Shown one piece after another: positions 1 through 12,100 of a DNA stretch of 41,700 bases. Source of the DNA: Catajapyx aquilonaris (lineage: Eukaryota); NCBI GenBank assembly GCA_000934665.2, contig KZ538895.1, positions 1 to 41,700 on the forward strand, given 5' to 3'. The notes under the pieces were generated by a model. The model did not search any database. It saw only the letters and a list, made by a program, of their open reading frames with translations, and was not told the DNA's origin. How positions within the stretch are numbered: the stretch's first letter is position 1; each line of letters opens with the position of its first letter. The position numbers and the translations under genes are program-made.

Positions 1-177
1 GTGCAGGAATGGTGGCAAAGGTGTAAGGGTGGTGAATTCAGGGAGGAACATGTTAGTCACACTCTCAAGTCATGTACACATATGCACAACAAGTATGATG
101 CGTTCCCACTCACACATTAGCAGCTTATGCACATATATTCAATAAAGGTCAAGCCAGGCAGGTCTTACTGCTCTCAC

Positions 178-3100
178 CTCAACAGGAATGGCAGCAGTCT
201 GAGGAGGGGATGGCGCGGAGACATTGTTGACATTGTTGATGTTGTTGGAAGTTTCACTGGCTGGGCCATTCGTGGTTGACACACTGCAGGCTGGGGATTG
301 GGTCACCTGAGGAGCAGTGGCATTCGAGTTAAATAAACTGTGAAGTTGGTGACTTGGCAGTATCAATCAGAAAATCATGAAAATGAAATAAAATAGCCAA
401 CAGCTCACCATCCCAGTCTTGCCCATTAAGTTCACTAAACATTAATTTGAGGTTACAATGATTAAATCTGAATTTACATGATAAAATGAAATCAGGTCCA
501 AGTTATTGCATCCAAAGCCCCAACAGCTGCATCTACCACTTATCTTCCTGACTGGGAGGGTATAGTTTAGGACACTTCCTGTATTGACTGGGATTTCAGT
601 GAGTGCAGGTGAAGTGACTGATAGGCAGACACGCAATTATGCAAATGCCATAGAACTTGTGCACTCCTTTAGGTACAATGTAATCAGCAGAAAATTCCAT
701 TGAGGTACAGTGGTGGAAATTAATGGAGAAGCACGAGTGTCGTCTCATGGCGGAGTTTTCCCTCTACATGAAGCAGCTTCTTGTAGAGGGAAAACCAGAG
801 TTCTGCTATAATACGAGGGTGGTTCAGTAAATAACTGCTAACAACAACAAAGTATTTGGGACTATGAAGCGTGCCATGCAGCAACCACTCTCACCTGCTC
901 GGAAAGCAGAAGTCTGAGCCTGTCCAGTTCTTCCTGGCCTTCCTTCAACAAAGCAGTCAGACGTGCGTTGTGCTCAGTCAAATCCTTCCGACTCAACTGC
1001 TCAGACTTCAGGTCAGATTGCAGAGACTCTACCTCCTTTTATCCCCAACAACGAGCAATGGGGAAGAGATGCGTACATGCGAACAAACAATATTACAGTC
1101 ATGCATAAAATAACAAATTAAAAAGGAGCTGACAATTGACAATAAAATGTACATTGAAATGTAAGTTCATTGAATTAGTAGTTACCCTTTGCAGCTCTTC
1201 AAGGGAACAGAGCTGCTCCTGGGTCCGTCCCAACTGCTCCCTGAGGTCTGAACAGCTCTTATGCGCCACATCAAACTTTTGAGCCAGGTCACGCTTCTCA
1301 CTCTCCTCACCTTGCAGCTTCTCTTGCAACTCTCTCAGCTTCGCCTCCATCTGCAATGAGAGGCCACATGTGCACACACCATGAAAGACATCACAAAGCA
1401 AAGTAACAAAGGTCAGATTACCACCTGAGACAAAAACTTCATCAAGATGCCCCTTCTCCCCCCTAGGAGTCACCAAACGCAACATTGACAAAATTATCAG
1501 AAAAGTTGGTCATACGTTTGCATTTGGACTCTTTTAGTATCTTATTAATTTTTAAACTTTTAACACTGAATTTACTGGTTTTAAATAATTTCATGTTTGT
1601 CCCGAGATTTACTAATGAAAGTTCATGGGTTGCACTCTTTACCAGGAAAATTGCTTGAGTTGCAACTTGATTTCCAATTTGTGTGAGCCAAGTTATGGAA
1701 TGGCGGGACTGAAAATGTGTTAATCTCAATTCTGCTTAATTCTCGACTCAGATGAACAGAGATTTGTGCTGTGTTGACGGGAACAGCCCTTGAAGTGGTT
1801 TATCGTTTTTACTGGCTCCTGACATCAGCATTTATTACCTTGTTAAGAGTTCATGAGTCCAGCTCTCTTATTATGCATTATAATTTTTTTAGAACAATTC
1901 ATGCAATTTTGGTACCAATTGAAGTGATAAAATATTTGAAACAGATAAGACGACACTGGGGCACATCTCTTTACAACACCTGTCAGTTTTCATAGAAAGA
2001 AAAACGGATGCAAGAGGAAAATTTAGAAAGCAAGCTCATTGGACAGTAAGTGCAAGAATATTTTGCAAAGCTTGCATCGAGTTCAGTGACTCCAAAAAAC
2101 CCTCGGTAGCGTGAAACAAAACTTCAGATTGAAATGCTTCAGCAGAATTAAGAGGCAGCACCTTCCTCACCACAAATTCTAGTAAGAATGGAGCTATGCA
2201 CCACTCTCTTCAAGAATATATTCTGGCATCCAGCTAAACATACAAATACATTTGGTTATCCTCTGGTATTCACTCAAGATCTGCCATTGAGGCACACATC
2301 ACCTGAGGTCAGACTGTCCATATTTTGTTACAGCTCCCTTTGGCTGAAAGGAAGAGGACCTGCAATGGACTTACATGGTGTCACATAGCATGACACGTCA
2401 CTGAACACTCCTTCAATAAGCAGCAAGCTGATATGCAAATGTAGCCCAGATATTTTAATGTGTGCCAGCAATTTTGCAAGCAAAGGTCTTGTTAGGCCTT
2501 CGACTGAAAGATGTGAATAATAATATGCCTAAAGATGGAACTCAGTAAAAGCATTAAATCAGTGGTGTGATATTCCAGACGCCATTCCTGCTCAACAGGT
2601 ACCATCTTGTCCCCAACAGGTGTGCATTACAAGATTCCAAAAGGCTCAGCTATTCTCAATTGACATGCCTAGTAGTAAATAAAGCTGGTCAAATTCTGAA
2701 TGCATCAACTTTAATGGTTAAGTTTGACATTCAGTTGACACTCATGACAGATAGCTTCATCTTTAGTAGTTCTCTGGTGAAAAAGTACTGACCCTAATGC
2801 TGCACAAGGTCCTTCAAAGCAAGGCTTCAAGCCATAATATTTTCAAATGGTTTATCTTTGGTGATGCACGGCTTGTACTGATATGAATATTTTTTCGTTA
2901 CATTATTATAAGTTAACTCAAGCATCTCAGGTGCAAATGTAGAAGAACAGCTCTGCCAACAAAGGAACAACACCAATCACACAGTCCATAAGATATGAAG
3001 TAAACACATGGCACATTTACGCTTGAATAAACAGCACACAGGTGAAAAAAGCAAGGTTTTTCACAGGGAGAGTTTCATGCAAGATGGGACAAAAAGTTGC

Positions 3101-6100
3101 ACATGAAAGGAGAGAAGATATCCCTACCTCTGTGTAGGCCAATTCAACTCTTTGCAACCAATGCACATTTAATTTTTAACCATATTCCCTGCTTCCCTAT
3201 GCAGCCAGATACTACAGTACAATTCTCTAGTAAAAGTGCACCCAACATACCTCAGAAGCAGCCTGCAAAGGGACAAGAAAAAAATGTTTCCAATTACTGT
3301 TATATATTACCACCAAACTCTCATGCACTACTAGCTTGTAAGACAGCACTACTTGATATGTGAGCTCATTAAGTGTCATCCAGTAGGACCAAAATACGTG
3401 CTGTTCAAAGCTCTCATTTACTCCGTGGGATATGAGCAAGACTGTGATTTCATTCTTGTGGCAAATGTGCGTACGTGGAATCTATCATGTAAAATATCCC
3501 TCAGATTTCATTTATAAAAGAAAAACCAGAAGCTAGCAAACTTCAGTTTATCCCACTAGCTTTAAATAGGATCTCAACTGGCAAGTGCTGTAAACGAGGG
3601 GGCACATTCACATACATTTATGCCATTTAGGATAGTATTTTTGAGTAGGTAATGTGGTTCACAAAACAGGAAAAGTGCAAACTGGCCCACAGCATTAAAT
3701 TAAGAACAAAGTTCACTGCCCATAAAATCTTGGCCACCTTGGAAAGTTTCCTGAGTTTGCAGCTGGTGTTTCTCTGCCTCCAACTACTGGACTGGAGGGC
3801 AGGGAAGGGCCATAGTGTAGAATGGTGGGGGAGACTTGAGCAATGGGAAGGGCTGTGATTGGTGGCTTTCAGTACATTTAGCACCATCACTTCACATAGA
3901 ACTATTTTCTTAAGAAGCCCTAGGGTAGTGATGGCAAACACGTTCTTTTAAAATGTCCTAGGATCTAGGTCAATTGTAAATATCATAAGAGTTCCTACAA
4001 CATTTTTCATACATGTTCCCTCCGGTCTTATCCTGTTGTGAAACTTTGCGGAAAGTCCTTTTTGAAGACCATTGGAGAAACCCACTCCAAATCCCTTCAA
4101 AAATCTTTTACAGGCAGTGGATTGGAGTACAGGTGGTCCCCAGATTATGAATGACATACATTCCAGAAAATGTCTGTAGGTCAGATTTGTATTTAACTCA
4201 GATTGCTGATGAATAGGGTACATAAACGGTCAAGATACTGTGCCAATTAACTGCTTGCACCAGGCAGGTTTGTTTACATGTGCAGAAGAAAGTACAGTGA
4301 AACCTGTCGAGTTGGATACTTTAATAAGTTGGCCACCTCCCTATGCTGGACTATTTTTGGAATAGTCAAAAAGCCTATTCCCTGTAATGTTGCTAAGTTG
4401 GACACCTGTCTATCTTGGAAGTTGGACACTTTTTCACCTCTTTAAGTTGGACAAGTACGGTACTATTTCCACATTAACTTTAAGTGTATTCTGGTTTTTT
4501 AAACTTGAACCATACTTAGCTCTGCAATCTGCATACATAATTTGTGAAACATGTCTTCATGTGACATTGTTAACTGTATGACAACATCCTGACAACGGAG
4601 GATGAATATGGTGGCAATGTAGATGAGGTGCTGAATCAGGTGTTGCAGCATATGCAAAGTAAATCTTCAGAAGATGGAGATACTGTAAAACCTGGTTGCG
4701 ACGATAAACCACCCTCTCATCAGGATGCCCTGAGTGCAGTAAAAAATTAAAACTTTATGCTCGGGCATGCCACTCTTATTATTGATATTTTTTTGCTGCC
4801 AAAAAGGATTTTGAAATTTCTCAGATTAAACGAGTCACTTGTTACCAATTAATTCCCCCAAAAGTAGGCCAGTTTCAGAAATTGCATGTAGGCCTACACT
4901 GTGCTATACTGTACTGAAAATAAGAAAACGTGCATAGAAAGTTGATTACTGGAAGATTACTGTACAGTACTTGCTCGTACATTACTTTCCTGCACTATGA
5001 AACCCGAGAGATTGAAATCCTAATATGTTGGACACCTTCCTATGTTGGACATTTCCCTTAGAACCGTCAGTGTACAACATACAGGTTTCACTGTAGTTCC
5101 AAAATTGTTAATTTAATTACTGCATGTTGAACTTGGTGTCTGTCGGCATCCACAACTAAGTGATTGAGAGTTGACAGATAATTATAGATTATTATTGTGG
5201 GGCACCTTGGGATCTGTACTTACAAATAAGTACAGATTGCCATACGTTGGGTCATTCATGAGCCAGGGACTTCCTGCAGTTTATAATTCTGATTCCATGT
5301 TTCGTAAAACATTGCAGATCTCAAAGCAGTGTTATTTTCCATTCGCGATTCTGGATACAAGCCATCAAGAAAATGTGCCTATTTGTTCATGTAATTTACT
5401 AACAGTGCAGCAATGCTTCCTAATTATTGCGTAATATTCTTCACGATAAAATCCCATAATTGCAGCCCACCACCAACTGCTGGCACCAACAATTTGAAGA
5501 TACAGACCACAAGAAGGAAAGGGGGGGAAGGATAAACCTCAACTGAGGGAGTACTGACCTCCTCTGCAGCTTGGACATGCCTCAGTGAGTCCTGTAGCCT
5601 GTCTGTCTCAGCTTGAAGCCTCTCTCGGTCAGCCTGCAGCCTCAGAAGAGCCACATCCTTATCCTCTATCTGTCTTCTCCAGTCTGTCTCCTGCAGTTCC
5701 ACTGTCTGTTGGAGGTTCGTCAGCATGCCCTCTGTTGTAGCCAGGACTCCTTGGTAGTGGCTCACCTGCTCCTTCAACCTTTCATTGTCACTCTTAATGT
5801 CTTCACTATCCTCATCAACCTTTTTAGATCGGGAGGTGGGTGCTGCAGAATCTTGGGAAGAAAGGCGGGACTCCAGGTCTACAAGCCACGACCTTGCACT
5901 GGCCTCAAAGGTGTTTACCCATGTTTTGTAATCCTGCAAAATGAAAAATATACAACTTCTAACATGCCAGACAGGGCCACGCGTCATAGATCTTATAAAA
6001 TGAAATTAGCAAACAACACAGTACAAAGTAGCTTTAGGGTCCCGACATCAACAATCAAGTGCTAAAATGGTCTGCTATGATGAAGCAAATGGGAAAAAAG

Positions 6101-9100
6101 CCCATTTAAAATTTTCAGAATGTGATGGGCAAACTTTCCCAAATTCGAATTCCGAGCCAAGATGTCGGTTTTCAAAAACTCCTCCCCTTGTAGATCTCGC
6201 AATTATTCTAATGGATCGAAACTATGTCAGGGTCTCAATTGGACCTTCCTCGCCACACTGAAAATTTCTGGTCTGTACCTCCAGCGAGATGCCCGCATCT
6301 GCAGTGCAAAGAGAAAGCTTCACCTGTCACTCGGCCAAACTTGGCCCGCGATTCTGAAAAACCGCATAGGAATCTGGCGCCCTTAAAGAAAATTGGGCAC
6401 ATGCGCATGTGCGGCTACAGGGATCAGGTGTTGGAGCAACCCACCAAAAGTGCAGGCTAGTTAATAAAAAGCGAGCTGAAGGTGATATAAAGGTGTAGTT
6501 TTTGCCTTCTTCCAAAATAGTGCCAGTGACGATTTATACATTTATTCCACTAAGACACTAGACGTACAATGGCTTTCCCATTCATGTCTTTGGGTTGTTA
6601 CTGGAACCACATCTGAAAGCTCTCCTTCACTTCACCTTCCATCTGGTCAGCATCCGTGCAAAGATGTCTTCAACTCACCAAAAACGTGCAAGTCACAGGG
6701 TAACAGGTCAATACTGTAGTGTAGTGAGTAGGTGGCGGAGGACTTACCACTTCAATTTACATGCAAGACATTCGATTGTATTTGCAGTATGGGGTGGGCA
6801 TTATCAGGGCATTCTCACATGCAAGGATTGTGCTTGCACAGCGCAGATGGCCGGTTGCTCCTTTGTGAACATGTGATGCGATGGCTGCTCCTTCTAGCCA
6901 TGCATGTGCATAATTTTATTTAATGTTTCAAGGTTATCCCTGCCAATCAGCTTTACTGCCTGTCCCATAGGTTTTCCACAATAAATTCAGCTTGGTTTTT
7001 ATTGACTGCACCTAGTAATTCTGCAGCAAATGGAGTGCCTCAAAACTCAGCTTGTAGCAAGTGGCATATCTGCTGCAACCAAAACTAGCACAGTCATCCA
7101 ACCATTCCTATGCACAAACTTTCATCCCAATCAAGCCCTGTCACACATTCAGAGGGGGGAAAAAACTTTCAAGTGTAAAGGACCTGTTCAAGTAGCCCCG
7201 CTACCTAAACGGCAACTATCTTGCGCATCTTGTAGTGTATAATCTATGCACCTAGTTTTACGCTAAAGGCCGCTGTGTTCGCCACTGACTGTATCTTTGA
7301 TGTGGTAGGGGTTGCTACCTAGTGGCCTTGGTAGGAATCAAAACATGTTGTCACGTGGTGAACTGTTTTATTAGTTCCTTTTAGAGGCAGGATAACTCGT
7401 GTGGTTTTTACCCCGTAAAAATGTTGTAAGGTTGTAAGAATATTCGTGTGAGACAAATGCCGCCTCAGAGAACCGATATGCGAAATGCAAGCCCCATCGA
7501 GATATCACACGTTTGCCCAATCGCGTATCTCTCCCTCTCCTCTCTCTCACTCTCCCCTAAAAGAGAGAGAGGAGCCCGAGGGGCGGATTCAGGATGGCGT
7601 GCGTTGGAAAACAAGGGCGAACTCTTTCTCCAAACTGATGAAGGTCACCCTTTAGAAGCATTCTTCCATTGAATGACATATATTAGAGTGGCTGGACAGC
7701 AACATTTTGATCCAACTCCCCTGCGTTGCCAAGTTTCAATGATCTGCTCCAATCTAATTGACACGAATCATTGAGCCATGTGGGTGGCCTTTCTTTGCCA
7801 GGATAACTTTGAACAGGTCCTTTTGGTACTTATATGCTTCTACATACCTTTGATTTTTCCACTTTCACTGAAGGGAAAAGCCGAAGAAGGAATTCTTGGT
7901 GTGCACTCTGCTCTTCATGCCTCGCCTTTTGCACACTCTCCTATAAATGAACATAAAAATACAAAATCAGGGCATCTGGTGGAGTGTGCAAAATTAAGTG
8001 TACATCTAAAGCCAGTCAATCTGTGGGATGGAGGGTGGGAAATGGGAATAGGAACAGAGTTGTGGGAGGTTGCATACATCCCGATGCAACGACTCATTCT
8101 GGTGTTGTATAATGCACCAGTTTTGGTACATCACTCAAATATAATAATGTGACCAACACACGACAAGTACATATGCGAAATCATGCAATAACAGGCATAT
8201 GTTCCATGCTCCTTCTCATACATGCAGTGTAAGCAGAAAATCATGTCTACTTTGGTGATGTGGAAGGGATGGGTAATTTTCCTTGGCATACATTCATGAA
8301 ACTTACATTCACTAGTGTTTCGCTCTGCATGAGCCTAATTCCCAGGGATTTTTCCGCGGCAGACAAGGCTTCCACTGCTTTCCAATTCTTTTCTCGCAAT
8401 TCCTAGGACCAAAAAATCAACATTTCAACCAAAAATGCTGATTTGGAAAAGGCAGGCCAAGAGGGTGGGCTCACAGCCTCAACACCACAGAACCTTTTGC
8501 TGACCTTCCTCCTTTCCCAAAGCATGCAGTGTGTGTTTAGTATAGGCTCATACATACACTTGATTATAACATTTTAAAAGGTTTATATGCATGCAACAAT
8601 GCCACACATCTAACCACTGGGGGGAAAAAAAACTTGATATAACAAATCAATTAACTTATGTTAGATCTCTCACTAAAAATGATCATCCACATGGAAATAT
8701 AGCAGATGTGTACAGAATAGTTCAGGACTGTGTATTTTCAGTATCTCTGTGCAATCATAAAATTAGGACAGTTGAAACCGGTTGAAACCCAGTTGCTTTA
8801 TTTGTGGACTACCTGGACTCCTAGAGAGTATTGTGCTACATGTGACCATATGACAAAATAGTGAATATTGCATAATGAGCTCCAAAAAAAACATACCCAA
8901 TAAACTAAAACACAATTTATAAGTGCAAAATGAAGTCTGAGCAGAGGTATCTAACTTTTGTTAATTGATGATATACTTTATAAATTGCTGAGATTGTCTC
9001 TTCTAATTCACTGACAATGAGAGCCAAGGTCTCTCTAGCTCTCTTGGAGCATCTACTGTGTCAACTGCATGGAGATTGAAAAATAATACTTTTTCTGTAC

Positions 9101-12100
9101 ACACCTATTTTAAAAATAAAAGAGGAAGGGATGGGGTTGCTGTGGTATGGATAGCGGGGTAAGAGGTACAAAATTTCTAACTCACATTGTTCTTGTGCTT
9201 TTGGGCTGCCAGTTCTTTGGTGGCCTTCTGTAAGTCCTCTTTATGCTGCTCAATCTCATTATGAAGCACCTGCAGGGCAGCTTCTTTTTCTTCCAGAGCA
9301 GCAGCCACTGCCTTCTTCTCCACCTCCCCATTGACAGCAGCAGCACTATCTTGCTCCTGCTGAGTCTGGGTGGAAGCAGCTGTGGCTGACATCATGGCAG
9401 ATTGCTGGGCAGCCAGGGTGGCAGCTTCCTTCAGCTCTTGATTATCTCTGTCAAGCCTCCTGAGTTCCTCCTCACAGGCAGCCTTCCACTGCTGAGCCTC
9501 CTGCTGGAGTTGCTGCAAATGGGCCACCTGAGCCCGTTCCTTTTGCAGTTCTGCCCCAAGATAGGAGTGGGTAGCCTCAAGATCATTCACTTGGGCTCCC
9601 ATCTCTGACAATCGCGTGTGAAATTTCACTTCATCCTCCTTCTTGTGCTCCTCCATCCTACGGAGAACCATCTCTAGGTTCTGGACTTGACCAACAAGGG
9701 TCTGGTTGCTGCTCTGGAGGTGTACCATCTGAGACTCTTGTTTCTCACACTGCTGGTGTTGAGACTCAAGCTCCTATATTAGAAATATTTCAAATAAATG
9801 ACAGACCCAATTGAACAAAATGTCAAAATGCTTTTGCCACTGTTGGGCTGAACACTGTTCACAAGATTATCCTCTGTGATCCTCAGATAACTGTTGGGAC
9901 CTTCAAACTTCATGTTTTTGCAGCAGTTATAATCTAGTCTAGTGGATTTGGTTCTGCCATGTTCTGAGAAAATGAAGTGCACACACTGTAATGTATTTTA
10001 CCTGCTCAAGAGCCTCTTTAGTCTGCCTGAGTGCTTCAAGATGTTGCGCCTGAACTCCCTGCATTCTCCTCTCTTCCTCCTCCTCCTGATCACGCCTCAT
10101 TTGCTGGGCCTGTCTCTCCTCCTGCAATTTCCCCTGCAGCATCTGCACTTGGGCCTGCAAAGTCTGCCTCTCACGGGCAGCTGCATCATGCGAGTGCTGA
10201 ATTCTTGCCTGGTAAGCCTGGCATTCCTGCTGATGCCTCTGTGTGGCTTCCTCTGCCTGCCGCCTGGCCTGAGATGCTCGTACCTTCTCCTGGTTGAATT
10301 CTGCACGAACTTCCTTCAGGCGTTGCTGGACACCTGACAATGCCTCCTGCTCTTCCAACAGGGCCTTGTCCTTCTCTTCCAGGGCCTTCTTCAGGCTCTG
10401 CACCGAGTCTGGGCGGCCTCGCTCAATCCATTCCGAGTCACCTGGGGATTGCTGCTGCTTATTGAGAAGTGTATCGATCAGGGTTTGGATCTCCAGATCA
10501 CTCAAGGCAGCTTTACGAAGAAGAGAAACAAGGTGAGCCCCACTCATGTCCATGCTGTCACCTGTGGGGAAAACCAGCACATGAAATGAGATTAACTAAG
10601 GCCATTGCCCATCACAAACCACATATTTTGCTATGCATAATATACAGGAGAACTTGTTAATTCGAAACTCAAGGGCCTAAAAAGCCACTTAGACTAGATG
10701 ACATCCAATTTTCCAATCAAGGATGAATCACCTTAATTGTATCATGGCAAACCTGCACCCAACAGGAAAAACTATTAAACCCTTATGAACATAAGGGGCA
10801 GTTGTTAAATCACCTTTTGACATATTCCATAGTAGTGTGATAATGAACTCATATCACTTCTGAAGAAACTGATGGATGATTGCCCACATATTAGCAAATT
10901 TGATAAAAATTAGGCAATACCACATGCAATATCGCTCCTTCTCAATTACATACATTACTCACCATGTGCTGCCACTTGTCAATGGTTTCAAAATGTCCTT
11001 ACCATTCTCCAGCATTTCGGCCATGTCATTCTTCTTCTTCTTCTTACTCTCCTTCTTCTGAGCCTTTCCAGCATCTTGCTGCTTTGGGGGTTCTTCATTA
11101 ACAGCAACCAGTTGCTGTTTCTCAGCTTTCTTCTCAGGCAAGGTCTTCTTCTCTGGGGAAGCTTTCTCTGGTGGTGTCTTCTTCTCTGGTGGTGTCTTCT
11201 TCTCTGGTGGAGTCTTCTTCTCTGGTGGTGCCTTCTTCTCTGGTGGTGTCTTCTTCTCTGGTGGTGCCTTCTTCTCTGGTGGTGTCTTCTTCTCTGGCGG
11301 TGTCTTCTTCTCTGGTGGAGCCTTCTTCTCTGGTGGAGCCTTCTTCTCTGGCGTAGTCTTCTTCTCTGGAGTGGCCTTTTTCGGAGACTGGCTCTCTGGA
11401 CTGCTTGAAGGACTGACCTTAACTGGGGGAGCACCTGAAGAAGGAGCAGGGTGTGCTACCACCTGAGCACTGCTGGCTTGCTCCTGCCCACTCTTGCCCT
11501 TGCCCTTCCCTCCTTCTCCTTTGTTCTTTTGCTGCTGTGACTTGTCTACTCCTTTTTGCTTTTCCTTCTCCTTCCCACCTCCTTTGTCCCCCTTCCCTTT
11601 GTCAGTCTTGTTGGGCTTCTCTACCTCAGGCTTCTTGGACTCTGTCACCAAGGCCGTGGCTTCCTCCTTCACCTGGCAATATTAGCATTAATGTCATATG
11701 ATATAGCATGTGATTAGGTGATTCATGCACATGAGAGCAATCCTGGGGTCAAGGGCCTGCCCCCAAGTTGCCTTCTCTGTCACATCATTTTATCTAACAA
11801 CCTTTATCTTTCCTGATAACCCCACATCTATTTCTGGTGAAAATCAGCAGTTTTTCCATTCTAGCCAACTGTAAAGGCATGAAACCTGCACCTGACGCTA
11901 AGCATATATAAAAGCAATGCCCCAAGCTACCCTCCCTCCCACAGCCGACATCTGGACTATTGGTTCTGGCCCACACATGCAAGTTGCAGGGATTAGTTGG
12001 GTTTCTGACAATTTACCGGCATGCTTGACACCTGAGAGGCCCTCCGGCTTCCCCCTGCACTCCCACCCTTCTCCAGCTTCAGTTCCAGGTCATCCAGGGG

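Noticed and set aside
5960..6470. Possible Helitron-like or other TE fragment ending ..ctagt
   Set aside because: Composition is TE-like, but no defensible termini or hairpin.
7175..7655. CpG-richer block with weak taaagg..ccttta ends
   Set aside because: Terminal match too short to call.
10957..10962. Strong gtgagt donor 40 nt past the exon end
   Set aside because: Out of phase with the next exon, whereas the gtaagg donor at 11002 keeps frame. A minor unproductive isoform cannot be shown from sequence.
11127..11375. Possible CRISPR-like array
   Set aside because: Head-to-tail repeats without unique spacers, inside a eukaryotic exon; no cas genes.
10988..11434. Alternative-frame and antisense repeat ORFs (QRRRHH.., LLLWWC.., VSSSLV..)
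   Set aside because: By-products of the stop-free 18-bp coding repeat. Only the PEKK frame splices in phase.
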